NCBI RefSeq assembly: GCF_988243305.1
Contig: NZ_OZ547136.1
Strand: one strand, 5' to 3'
DNA: 64,000 nucleotides
The notes under the pieces were generated by a model. That model saw nothing but the letters and a program-made list of their open reading frames with translations. It did not search any database and was not told the DNA's origin. Each line of letters opens with the position of its first letter. Positions within the stretch are counted from its first letter, which is position 1. Below are positions 1-10,418 of the stretch, one piece after another. Made by a program: the position numbers and the translations under genes.

Positions 1-362
1 TCGCGCTGGGCAATACCATTGATTTGACTGTAATTGCCCAGACAGGTTTGCTGGGGATCCTGTTGGGTGTGGCAGTAATTATCGTGACCGGTATTCCGTT
101 GATTATCGCCGATAAATTGATTGGCGGTGGCGATGGCACTGCCGGAATTGCCGCTTCCAGTTCCGCAGGGGCCGCGGTAGCGACACCTGTGCTGATTGCA
201 GAAATGGTGCCTGCGTTTAAACCGATGGCTCCGGCAGCAACTTCGCTGGTCGCGACGGCGGTCATTGTGACTTCGATTCTGGTGCCAATTCTTACCTCTA
301 TCTGGTCACGTAAAGTCAAAGCCAGAGCAGCGAAAATCGAAATTTTAGGTACGGTGAAATAA
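1..362 (+). CDS. kdgT: 2-keto-3-deoxygluconate permease, C-terminal part (5' end outside window)
   Basis: Open frame enters from the window edge; track ORF 24..362 is its tail. Very hydrophobic Gly/Ala/Ile/Val-rich membrane protein end. Lies directly upstream of yiiM, as in the K-12 gene order (recollection). Confidence 0.75.
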
Positions 363-510
363 ACCTGCTTCCTTAATCCCCACAGCCGGATGAACTAACG
401 TTCGTCCGGTTTGCTATTGAGTTCCTGCCTGGATACTTACCGCGAAAACAGCACGCCTGACATAAAATAAATATGGTCTAATGGGGAAATTTCTCGTGGA
501 GAGGGAACAG

Positions 511-1185
511 ATGCGATATCCGGTTGATGTATACACAGGCAAGATTCAGGCTTATCCCGAAGGCAAACCCAGCGCAATTGCTAAAATCCAGGTTGATGGT
601 GAGTTGATGCTGACGGAGCTGGGGCTGGAAGGTGACGAGCAGGCGGAGAAAAAGGTTCACGGCGGGCCAGACAGAGCGCTGTGTCATTATCCTCGTGAGC
701 ACTATCTCTACTGGGCGCGGGAATTTCCGGAACAGGCGGAGTTGTTTGTTGCGCCTGCGTTTGGCGAAAATCTCTCAACCGACGGTCTGACGGAAAGTAA
801 TGTTTATATTGGCGATATTTTCCGCTGGGGAGAGGCATTAATTCAGGTCAGCCAGCCACGCTCACCTTGCTATAAACTCAATTACCATTTTGATATCAGC
901 GATATAGCGCAGTTGATGCAAAACACGGGTAAAGTGGGGTGGTTGTATAGCGTGATTGCGCCAGGGTTGGTATCTGCTGATGCGCCGCTGGAGTTGGTTT
1001 CCCGTGTCAGTGATGTGACCGTGCAGGAGGCTGCCGCCATCGCATGGCATATGCCGTTTGATGACGAGCAGTATCACCGTTTACTCTCCGCCGCCGGGTT
1101 ATCGAAAAGCTGGACGCGGACGATGCAAAAGCGCCGACTGAGCGGCAAGATCGAAGATTTTTCCCGCCGGTTGTGGGGAAAATAA
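511..1185 (+). CDS. yiiM: MOSC-domain protein YiiM (N-hydroxylaminopurine detoxification)
   Basis: Track ORF 481..1185. The K-12-type N-terminus MRYPVDVYTGKIQAY begins at the internal ATG 511. Stop TAA at 1183-1185. Confidence 0.9.
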   Translation: MRYPVDVYTGKIQAYPEGKPSAIAKIQVDGELMLTELGLEGDEQAEKKVHGGPDRALCHYPREHYLYWAREFPEQAELFVAPAFGENLSTDGLTESNVYIGDIFRWGEALIQVSQPRSPCYKLNYHFDISDIAQLMQNTGKVGWLYSVIAPGLVSADAPLELVSRVSDVTVQEAAAIAWHMPFDDEQYHRLLSAAGLSKSWTRTMQKRRLSGKIEDFSRRLWGK

Positions 1186-1193
1186 TCCCCGGA

Positions 1194-1254
<61 letters not shown>

Positions 1255-1255
1255 G

Positions 1256-2496
<1,241 letters not shown>

Positions 2497-3020
2497 TGAA
2501 CTGCACCCCAAATGTTGGACATAATCTGACATCTGAAGGTGCAGTTTATGAAACATTCATTTGAAGTAAAACTTGCCGCTGTAAATCATTACCTGGCCGG
2601 TCATGCTGGCATCATTTCTACGGCAAAACTCTTTCAACTTTCTCACACCAGCCTCTCACACTGGATTAATCTTTTTCTTCTTCACGGTCCTCGGGCACTG
2701 GATTGCAGACACAGGCGTAGCTATTCTCCTGAAGATAAACTTTGCGTGGTTCTTTATGCTCTCGGGCATTCTGAGTCTCTACCCCGGGTAGCTGCCCGGT
2801 TTAACATTCCCAGCCACAACACGGTTAAAAACTGGATAAAAGGCTACCGCAAATCTGGTGATGAGGCCTTTATCAGGCGCAGGAAGGAGAAAAGCATGAC
2901 CCGTTCTGATGATACCCATGAAAACGAGGCAAACATGACGCCGGAAGAGATGAAGAATGAGCTGCGTTATCTTCGCGCAGAAAATGCATATCTGAAAGCC
3001 ATGCAGGAGCATCTCCTGGA

Positions 3021-3026
3021 AAAAAA

Positions 3027-3027
<1 letters not shown>
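3021..3027 (+). promoter_or_regulatory. -1 programmed ribosomal frameshift heptamer A_AAA_AAG (orfA to orfB)
   Basis: In the orfA frame the codons are GAA AAA AAG (3019-3027). The -1 frame is open from 3027 (GCG CCA GGA ...) straight into the track ORF 3174..3896, with no stop. Confidence 0.8.
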
Positions 3028-3928
<901 letters not shown>

Positions 3929-3946
3929 ATCAGCGTCGCATCAGGC
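3929..3946. repeat. REP/palindromic-unit right arm (continuation of 2479..2496); a further REP follows to ~3994
   Basis: ATCAGCGTCGCATCAGGC is complementary to the left arm. GCCGGATGCGGCGTAAACGCCTTATCCTGCCTAC downstream is a second REP-like unit (BIME). Confidence 0.8.
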
Positions 3947-4004
3947 ATCCTGCTCAAATGCCGGATGCGGCGTAAACGCCTTATCCTGCCTACAAATGCG
4001 GAGT

Positions 4005-5378
4005 TTAACTCCGCTTATACAGCGGCAACCAAATCACCAGCCGTAAACCGCCCAGCGGGCTGTCTTCCGCTTTAACCCAGCCACGATGCTGCTGAATGGC
4101 GGTTTCAACAATCGCCAGCCCCAAACCTGTACCGCCAGATTCACGATCGCGTGCTTCATCGGTCCGATAGAACGGACGGAAAATCTGTTCGCGATCTTCC
4201 GGGCTAACGCCAGGACCATCGTCGTCCACCGTAATGGTGATACCGTCTTTATCTACCGCAAAGCCCACTTCAATCTTCGTATGGGAATAACGCAGAGCAT
4301 TACGAACAATGTTTTCCAGCGCACTTTCCAGGGCGTTCGGATTGCCGTACAGCGGCCACGGCCCAGGCGGGAAGTTAACCATCAACGACTTGCCCATCTG
4401 CTCGGCTTCGAACGCCGCGTTATCCAGCACTTCGCCCCACAACTGGTTAGCTTTCAATGTCTCGCTTACCAGCGCGTTTTTCTGCTGATTACGTGACATC
4501 ACCAACAGATCGTTAATCATGCTGTCCAGACGTTGCGCTTCGGTTTCAATACGCTCCAGTTCCTTGCTTTCACCGCTACGACGGCGCAGTAACGCCGTAC
4601 CCAGTTGCAGACGCGTCAGCGGGGTGCGCAGCTCGTGAGAGATATCAGAAAGTAGACGCTGCTGAGAGGTCATCATGCGCTCCAGCGCGGTGACCATCTG
4701 GTTAAAACTGGCACCTGCGGCAAGGAATTCCTGTGGCCCCGCTTCCAGTTCCGGGTGCTGGCGTAAGTTTCCCTGGGCAACTTCATCGGCAGCGTTTTTC
4801 AGCTTACGCGCCGGTTTTGCCAGACTCCAGGCCAACCACAACAGCAACGGCGTACTGACCAGCATGGTGACAATCAGCAGTAATAGCGGGCGGTCAAACA
4901 GTAAGTTAATGAAATCGGATTGAGAACTGCTGGCCGGACGAATCAGATAAAGTTGGTAATTATCTTCGCCATCACGCACGGAGAACGGACCGACCAGTTC
5001 CACGCGCCCATACTTTTTCTTCTGCGGATGATCGGCGTTATCGGCCTGACCAATAAAGTTACGAATGATCTGCATTTCGCTGCGTTCAGCGCCGATCACG
5101 CGGCCTTCGGTGGTCACCAATAACAAACGCTGTCCTGGCGGTGCCCACTTATCAATCGCCCGGAACAGACGCCGCCACCACATTAAATCATTGGGCGGAT
5201 CGTTCGCCAGCTCCGCTTCGACATGCTGCTCAATCATCAGACCCTGACGCTGTTCGCTATCCAGAAGCTCGGTCATCTGGCGTGAATCGAGCTTGGGTAA
5301 CATCAAAACCAACATCAACACCAGCGCCAGCGTCAGCCAGAAGATGGCGAAGATGCGCGCGGTTAAGCTGCCTATCAT
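4005..5378 (-). CDS. cpxA: envelope-stress sensor histidine kinase CpxA
   Basis: Track ORF of 457 aa. Two TM segments, HAMP, the H-box SHELRTPLTRL, and an ATPase G-box DDDGPGV...GTGLGLAIV. Confidence 0.97.
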   Translation of the reverse strand: MIGSLTARIFAIFWLTLALVLMLVLMLPKLDSRQMTELLDSEQRQGLMIEQHVEAELANDPPNDLMWWRRLFRAIDKWAPPGQRLLLVTTEGRVIGAERSEMQIIRNFIGQADNADHPQKKKYGRVELVGPFSVRDGEDNYQLYLIRPASSSQSDFINLLFDRPLLLLIVTMLVSTPLLLWLAWSLAKPARKLKNAADEVAQGNLRQHPELEAGPQEFLAAGASFNQMVTALERMMTSQQRLLSDISHELRTPLTRLQLGTALLRRRSGESKELERIETEAQRLDSMINDLLVMSRNQQKNALVSETLKANQLWGEVLDNAAFEAEQMGKSLMVNFPPGPWPLYGNPNALESALENIVRNALRYSHTKIEVGFAVDKDGITITVDDDGPGVSPEDREQIFRPFYRTDEARDRESGGTGLGLAIVETAIQQHRGWVKAEDSPLGGLRLVIWLPLYKRS

Positions 5379-6073
5379 GAAGCAGAAACCATCAGATAGC
5401 CGCGACCACGCAAGGTTTTAAACCACGGGTGACCATCTTTACGATCCGGCAGTTTACGACGCAGGTTGGAAATGTGCATATCGATAGCGCGGTCGAAAGG
5501 CGTCAGACGTTTGCCCAGCACTTCCTGGCTTAAATGTTCACGGGAAACCACCTGACCCAGATGCTGTGCCAGCAAATAGAGCAGGGTAAACTCAGTACCG
5601 GTTAACTCCAGCGTTTGCCCGTCGAAGCTGGCTTCCTGACGGCCTGGATTCAGCACTAAGGCATCAACTTCCAGTGTCGGTGAACCGTTGTCGTTGTTTT
5701 GCTGTTGCTCGCTCCAGTGCGAACGGCGCAGGATCGCGCGAATACGTGCCACCAGCTCACGATCATTAAACGGTTTCGGGAGATAGTCATCTGCGCCCAG
5801 CTCAAGGCCGAGAACGCGATCAAGTTCACTGCCGCGCGCCGTCAACATAATGACAGGCGTCTGGTGTGTCTGGCGAAGTGCTTTTAATGTGTCGATACCA
5901 TTTTTCTTCGGCATCATTACATCAAGCAAAAGTAAATCAATGCTGTCGTCCAGAAGATCAAGCGCCTGTTCCCCATCGTGGGCAACAATCACATTGAAGC
6001 CTTCCATCTCGAGCAGCTCCTTTAATAGGGAAGTCAGCTCTCGGTCATCATCAACTAACAGGATTTTATTCAT
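5375..6073 (-). CDS. cpxR: response regulator CpxR (OmpR family)
   Basis: Track ORF of 232 aa starting MNKILLVDDDRELT, with a receiver domain and a winged-helix C-terminus. Overlaps the cpxA start by 4 nt. Confidence 0.97.
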   Translation of the reverse strand: MNKILLVDDDRELTSLLKELLEMEGFNVIVAHDGEQALDLLDDSIDLLLLDVMMPKKNGIDTLKALRQTHQTPVIMLTARGSELDRVLGLELGADDYLPKPFNDRELVARIRAILRRSHWSEQQQNNDNGSPTLEVDALVLNPGRQEASFDGQTLELTGTEFTLLYLLAQHLGQVVSREHLSQEVLGKRLTPFDRAIDMHISNLRRKLPDRKDGHPWFKTLRGRGYLMVSAS

Positions 6074-6128
6074 TGTTTAAATACCTCCGAGGCAGAAATT
6101 ACGTCATCAGACGTCGCTAATCCATGAC

Positions 6129-6143
6129 TTTACGTTGTTTTAC
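6129..6143 (-). promoter_or_regulatory. CpxR-P binding box GTAAA-N5-GTAAA in the cpxR/cpxP divergent promoter region
   Basis: The plus strand reads TTTACGTTGTTTTAC, which is GTAAAACAACGTAAA on the minus strand. This is an exact match to the tandem pentamer consensus. An extra GTAAA lies at 6174-6178. Confidence 0.8.
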
Positions 6144-6222
6144 ACCCCCTGACGCATGTTTGCAGCCTGAATCGTAAACTCTCTATCGTTGAATCGCGAC
6201 AGAAAGATTTTGGGAGCAAATG

Positions 6223-6723
6223 ATGCGCATAGTTACCGCTGCCGTCATGGCCTCAACGCTGGCAGTCAGTTCATTAAGCCACGCTGCTGAAGTCGGTTCA
6301 GGCGATAACTGGCATCCGGGTGAAGAACTTACGCAGCGCAGTACGCAGAGCCATATGTTCGACGGCATAAGTTTAACCGAACATCAGCGTCAGCAGATGC
6401 GAGATCTTATGCAACAGGCCCGGCACGAACAGCCTCCTGTTAATGTTAGCGAACTGGAGACAATGCATCGCCTTGTCACCGCAGAAAATTTTGATGAAAA
6501 CGCTGTGCGCGCACAGGCAGAAAAAATGGCGAATGAGCAAATTGCTCGTCAGGTTGAGATGGCAAAAGTCCGCAACCAAATGTATCGCCTGTTAACGCCG
6601 GAGCAGCAAGCGGTTTTAAACGAGAAACATCAACAACGAATGGAGCAGTTGCGCGACGTGACGCAATGGCAAAAAAGTTCATCGTTGAAGCTATTGAGTA
6701 GTAGCAACTCACGTTCCCAGTAG
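6223..6723 (+). CDS. cpxP: periplasmic Cpx pathway inhibitor/adaptor CpxP
   Basis: Track ORF 6220..6723. The K-12-type protein starts [11 protein letters not shown] at the second ATG (6223). Signal peptide and two LTXXQ motifs (LTEHQ, LTPEQ). Confidence 0.95.
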
Positions 6724-6732
6724 TAAACCCTG

Positions 6733-6790
6733 TTTTCCTTGCCATAGACACCATCCCTGTCTTCCCCCACATGATGTGGGGGTTTTTTTT
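6733..6790 (+). ncRNA. cpxQ: CpxQ sRNA (processed 3' UTR of cpxP mRNA)
   Basis: A 58-nt stretch, UUUUCCUUGCCAUAGACACCAUCCCUGUCUUCCCCCACAUGAUGUGGGGGUUUUUUUU, lies directly after the cpxP stop and ends in the terminator. It matches my recollection of CpxQ. The 5' end is set by RNase E processing and cannot be read from DNA. Confidence 0.6.
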
Positions 6791-6793
6791 ATC
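6747..6793 (+). repeat. prophage att core, copy 1 (int-proximal), 47 bp
   Basis: GACACCATCCCTGTCTTCCCCCACATGATGTGGGGGTTTTTTTTATC is identical to 38352..38398. The flanking bases differ on both sides. Confidence 0.92.
6764..6790 (+). terminator. cpxP/CpxQ intrinsic terminator
   Basis: CCCCCACAT-g-ATGTGGGGG hairpin followed by T8. Confidence 0.9.
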
Positions 6794-6875
6794 AATTACT
6801 TACATGCAATCAAAAGTAAAAACAGGTACTTATCGAAAGCTGTAAGGGTTTGGAGCGGTTTCAAAATTTCTTGAG

Positions 6876-6894
6876 TGTGGACACTATGTGGACA
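6876..6894 (+). promoter_or_regulatory. tandem TGTGGACA repeats, candidate integrase arm-type binding sites
   Basis: TGTGGACActaTGTGGACA sits between the att core and the int stop. The same motif pair recurs at 38285..38303 next to the other att copy. Confidence 0.55.
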
Positions 6895-6909
6895 TTCAGA
6901 GGGGGAAAT

Positions 6910-7890
6910 TTATAACGTCACTCCGCCTTTTAGTGGATTCAGAGCGACGGCATTTTGCAGATAGTCAGGCGCAAGGTGCGCATAGGCCATCGTCTGCTGA
7001 ATGCTCGCATGTCCCAGAATCTGTTGCAGTGCGATTATATTGCCCCCATTCATCATGAAATGGCTTGCGAATGTATGCCGCAGGATGTGGGTTGCCTGAT
7101 TGGGTGGTATATCAGGTTTCACTCTGCGTAAAATCCCGCAAAATTTCTCATAATCAACTTTGAATAATTTGGCGCTGGCCTCCTCTTTAACTTTTTTCTC
7201 CAGTTCCTCAGAAATCGGCACGGTTCGCTTTTTACCGTTTTTGGTTTTCAGGAAGGTAACCCTGCAATTTGTAATCTGTGCTGGTTTTAGCGTGGCAACT
7301 TCCGTCCATCTTCCTCCGGTGCTCAGACATAAAAGCGCGACAAGTAAGTCATCACCAGCCAAAACATTTAACAGTTTTTCGATTTCTGCTTTTTCCAGGA
7401 ACGTCATTTCAGGGTTGGCCTCCGCCAGTGGCGGCAGTCCGTGAATTGGGTGTTGCCCGGAAAATTCATCCAATTGAATTAATTTTGTGAACATGCCGGA
7501 TAATCGGTACATGTCACGGTTTATCGTTGCGGCACTGATACCATCACGTAGTCGCATGGAACGATAATCCATCAAAGCCCTTTTGCTCATCCTGCTCACT
7601 GGTATATCACCTATGCCGCTGATGGTTTTGAGTAGATGATTAAACTCTTTTGTTCCATGCTCGTGGTTTTGCCCGTGATATTTCCACCAGATGTCCAGCA
7701 ACTCACTCAAAGTCCGGCGGTCTGCTCGCTGGCCTCCCCATTCTTTCTGACTGGCATTGGCGATTGTGTATCGCTCAAATGCTAGTGCTTCAGCTTTTCT
7801 TTCGAATTTCCTGCGGATGCGTTTTCCGTCGCGACCGCGAGGTCTAATGTCCACTTCATAGCGACCATCATCGAGCTTCTTAATTGCCAT
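6910..7890 (-). CDS. int: P2-type tyrosine integrase
   Basis: Track ORF 6910..7920. The P2 Int-like N-terminus MAIKKLDDGRYEVDIRP starts at 7890, with GGAGGG 8 nt upstream. The C-terminus has the HxLRHTFASH...Y tyrosine-recombinase motifs. Confidence 0.93.
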   Translation of the reverse strand: MAIKKLDDGRYEVDIRPRGRDGKRIRRKFERKAEALAFERYTIANASQKEWGGQRADRRTLSELLDIWWKYHGQNHEHGTKEFNHLLKTISGIGDIPVSRMSKRALMDYRSMRLRDGISAATINRDMYRLSGMFTKLIQLDEFSGQHPIHGLPPLAEANPEMTFLEKAEIEKLLNVLAGDDLLVALLCLSTGGRWTEVATLKPAQITNCRVTFLKTKNGKKRTVPISEELEKKVKEEASAKLFKVDYEKFCGILRRVKPDIPPNQATHILRHTFASHFMMNGGNIIALQQILGHASIQQTMAYAHLAPDYLQNAVALNPLKGGVTL

Positions 7891-7959
7891 AAGAAAGCCC
7901 TCCGGCGCTGTATTCACCATCTTGGTAGCAAATGGTAAAAATGTAATCTTTATATAGAG

Positions 7960-8253
7960 TTAGCCAATCCTTTTCGCGGAGTGGTTGGACTCTGTTGACT
8001 CTGGCCCAATGTGCGCGAGAGCCGGTGCGATTTGTCCTGCGTCCGGCGCGGTTTTATCTGTCATAAGCCATAGAGCATATTTTTGGAATGTGGGATGCAT
8101 AGTGATTTTTAGCAAAGCTGTGCCACCGGGTTCAAAGTTTCCTCCTTCATATTTTTTAAGTGTGCTTAGCGGTAACTCTATGATTTCACAGAATTTTGAT
8201 TGGCTTAGCCCTTCAGCCTCACGCAAGGCCTTAATCTTTTCGCTTAATTTCAT
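7960..8253 (-). CDS. C: immunity repressor, P2 C-like (HTH), of a non-P2 immunity type
   Basis: 97-aa track ORF. HTH in the N-terminus (GLSQSKFCEIIELPLSTLKKYE). The C-terminal GQIAPALAH block is shared with P2 C (recollection); the rest diverges. Confidence 0.85.
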   Translation of the reverse strand: MKLSEKIKALREAEGLSQSKFCEIIELPLSTLKKYEGGNFEPGGTALLKITMHPTFQKYALWLMTDKTAPDAGQIAPALAHIGPESTESNHSAKRIG

Positions 8254-8308
8254 TTGACATGGTGCCTATATAGGGACTAAATTCCCTCAAAACTGGAACC
8301 TATATAGG
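8254..8308 (+). promoter_or_regulatory. early promoter/operator region (Pe/Pc switch)
   Basis: TTGACA at 8254-8259 points toward cox. The 10-bp palindrome CCTATATAGG occurs twice (8265-8274 and 8299-8308), 34 bp apart, between the divergent C and cox genes. Confidence 0.55.
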
Positions 8309-8374
8309 TTCCATTGATTTGAGAATAAACCAGCATCTAAACGGTTTTGAGTGGTTTAGAAAGGGCTGGATCCT

Positions 8375-8662
8375 ATGAGGGTACCATATATGGACGCTGA
8401 AAATTATGTGATTCAGTATCCGCTTGATGCGGTTCATGTGGATAAATTTGCTGATTTATTAGGGAAGCCAAAGACAGCCGTCAGTGAAATGGTGAAGGCA
8501 AATAAATTACCAATTATTGAATTGCGTGATCCTTGCAAACCGAAGGCTCGTGCCGGTGAAAAATGGGTTTTCATTCCTGAGTTTAATCGCGCTGTACGTG
8601 AGGCGTTTTATAACCGACCGGTTGAACAGCGTGATGCATGGCTTTTGTGGATGGGGTTGTGA
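8375..8662 (+). CDS. cox: Cox-like excisionase/early repressor
   Basis: 95-aa track ORF; an alternative ATG lies at 8390. The end ...RDAWLLWMGL resembles P2 Cox ...RDGWLMWLGL (recollection). It is the first rightward gene, opposite C. Confidence 0.8.
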   Translation: MRVPYMDAENYVIQYPLDAVHVDKFADLLGKPKTAVSEMVKANKLPIIELRDPCKPKARAGEKWVFIPEFNRAVREAFYNRPVEQRDAWLLWMGL

Positions 8663-8664
8663 TT

Positions 8665-8835
8665 ATGAATGAGCCGCGTTGTATTGCTCAGTTATTGCGT
8701 AACGAAAGCCCCAGGGCGATTGACTTCACTATCACCCACGGTAAGGGGCGTAAGGGAATCATTATCCGCACCAAAAAACAGAGTCCGTTAAAAAAGGCTC
8801 TGACCTTTCTGAAAAGCCGGAGGGTATGGAAATGA
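8665..8835 (+). CDS. small hypothetical early protein (P2 orf78 position)
   Basis: In the track ORF 8638..8835, ATG 8665 directly follows the cox stop (tgattATG). Supported by synteny only. Confidence 0.5.
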   Translation: MNEPRCIAQLLRNESPRAIDFTITHGKGRKGIIIRTKKQSPLKKALTFLKSRRVWK

Positions 8836-9332
8836 CAGTGATGACGCTCAATCTCGTTGAAAAACAGCCAGCAGCTATGCGCCGGATAATTGGCAAGCAT
8901 CTTGCCGTCCCTCGCTGGCAGGATACATGTGATTATTATAATCAGATGATGGAGCGCGAACGGCTAACGGTTTGCTTTCATGCACAGTTAAAACAGCGTC
9001 ACGCAACGATGCGTTTTGAAGAAATGAACGACGTCGAACGTGAACGACTGGTTTGTGCAATTGATGAATTGCGTGGCGCATTCTCAAAACGCCGTCAGGT
9101 CGGCGCAAGTGAGTATGCATATATTAGTTTTTTAACAGTCAGTCAGCGTCGTACTTTATTTATGCATGCGGGATTGACAGAAAAAGAATTCAATCAGCCG
9201 TACTGGCGAATTAATGAAGAATCATGTTACTGGCGTGATGCTTTATTCCGTGCATTACGTGAATTATTCAGTCTGTTTGAGTATGCACCGACAATTCTGA
9301 CGTCGGTAAAACCAGAGCAATATCTGCATTAA
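8826..9332 (+). CDS. B: P2 B-like replication protein (helicase loader function)
   Basis: 168-aa track ORF at the position and size of P2 B. The sequence MTVMTLNLVEKQPAAMRRIIGKHL... matches my recollection of P2 gpB. Confidence 0.82.
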   Translation: MEMTVMTLNLVEKQPAAMRRIIGKHLAVPRWQDTCDYYNQMMERERLTVCFHAQLKQRHATMRFEEMNDVERERLVCAIDELRGAFSKRRQVGASEYAYISFLTVSQRRTLFMHAGLTEKEFNQPYWRINEESCYWRDALFRALRELFSLFEYAPTILTSVKPEQYLH

Positions 9333-9395
9333 ATAATTAACCAGAGTTTTTAACGCACTTAATCGTGCGGGGCTTCTTTTTGCCTGGAGAAAGTC

Positions 9396-9620
9396 ATGCA
9401 TACAGTTTCTGAAAATCAGTGCGGTAAATACGCATTACTGCTGCAACAGGCCAGAACCGAAGCACAGGCCGACGCTGCGACGCGCTTTTCTTCTCATCTT
9501 GACGCCATGATTCGCCACATCACAAAGGCGGAGTTATCCCGCGTGGAGATAGTTGAGCTGCTCAGTCAGGAGTCGGAAAAATTTCACAATATCGGATTGT
9601 CTCGCGGGGAGGTGCTTTGA
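9396..9620 (+). CDS. hypothetical early protein (P2 orf80 position)
   Basis: 74-aa track ORF in the P2 early operon; GGAGA upstream. Confidence 0.65.
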   Translation: MHTVSENQCGKYALLLQQARTEAQADAATRFSSHLDAMIRHITKAELSRVEIVELLSQESEKFHNIGLSRGEVL

Positions 9621-9922
9621 TGTCCTGTTCTCGTTCGGTTGTATTACTGAATAACGCCTTAAAAATCGCCGTTATGAAAAATGGTGATTTGTCTCTTATT
9701 CAACTTGGTATTGATAAAGAGAAGCGCGAAATAACTGAATCTGTTATCGCGATTTATCAGAGTGAATTAAACCTCCTGTCTGATGTGGTCAATTTACTTG
9801 TTAAACGCGCTGTATTCCACAAGCAAATTTCCTCAGTGGATGAACTGACAAAATTAACGACAGAACTCGCCAGTTATTGCGCTGATGAATTTAAGAAGCT
9901 GAACGACAAAAGGAGCTGGTAA
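9617..9922 (+). CDS. hypothetical early protein (P2 orf81 position)
   Basis: 101-aa track ORF whose start overlaps the previous stop by 4 nt (translational coupling). Confidence 0.65.
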   Translation: MMSCSRSVVLLNNALKIAVMKNGDLSLIQLGIDKEKREITESVIAIYQSELNLLSDVVNLLVKRAVFHKQISSVDELTKLTTELASYCADEFKKLNDKRSW

Positions 9923-10146
9923 TGCCGGACAACGTGGATTTTATTCAGGAACAACAGGCTGAATTACTGGAGCGCCAGATTAACGCGGCAAGGGTAAAAC
10001 ATTGCGGTGTTTCTGCGCTGGTTTGCGAAGAGTGTGACGCGCCAATACCTGCTGCCCGTCGTGCGGCTTATCCGTCAGCCACGCGTTGTGTTTCCTGTCA
10101 GTCAGTCTTTGAAGCAAAAAACAAACATTACCGGAGAACGGCATGA
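9922..10146 (+). CDS. DksA/TraR-family C4 zinc-finger protein (P2 orf82 position)
   Basis: 74 aa with the CxxC-N17-CxxC pattern CEECDAPIPAARRAAYPSATRCVSCQ. Confidence 0.8.
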   Translation: MPDNVDFIQEQQAELLERQINAARVKHCGVSALVCEECDAPIPAARRAAYPSATRCVSCQSVFEAKNKHYRRTA

Positions 10147-10418
10147 GTATTCGTATTGAAATTGGCGAACGTTATGTCGTTACCAGTGACAGCTTTCAGT
10201 TTATTCTCCACGAGAAAAAGAGAGCGGAAAGCGGTAAAAACGCCGGTCAGGAATGGCTGGCGGTGGTTGGTTATTACCCGAAATTAGGCCAGCTCGTTTC
10301 CGGCCTGATGCATCACGATATTCTGACCGGAAGCGCAAAATCTTTTGCTGATTTAAACGCGCAGGTTGAGCAACTCAGCAAGCGTTGTTCAGAGGCTTTT
10401 GGCTCATATGGCCGTTAA
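10143..10418 (+). CDS. hypothetical early protein (P2 orf83 position)
   Basis: 91-aa track ORF coupled to its neighbours by overlapping start and stop codons. Confidence 0.65.
   Translation: MSIRIEIGERYVVTSDSFQFILHEKKRAESGKNAGQEWLAVVGYYPKLGQLVSGLMHHDILTGSAKSFADLNAQVEQLSKRCSEAFGSYGR

Noticed and set aside
10366-10407. Longer start (ATG 10366) for replication gene A
   Set aside because: It would overlap orf83 by 53 nt. The P2 gpA N-terminus MAVKASGRF begins at 10408, so the shorter start was preferred.
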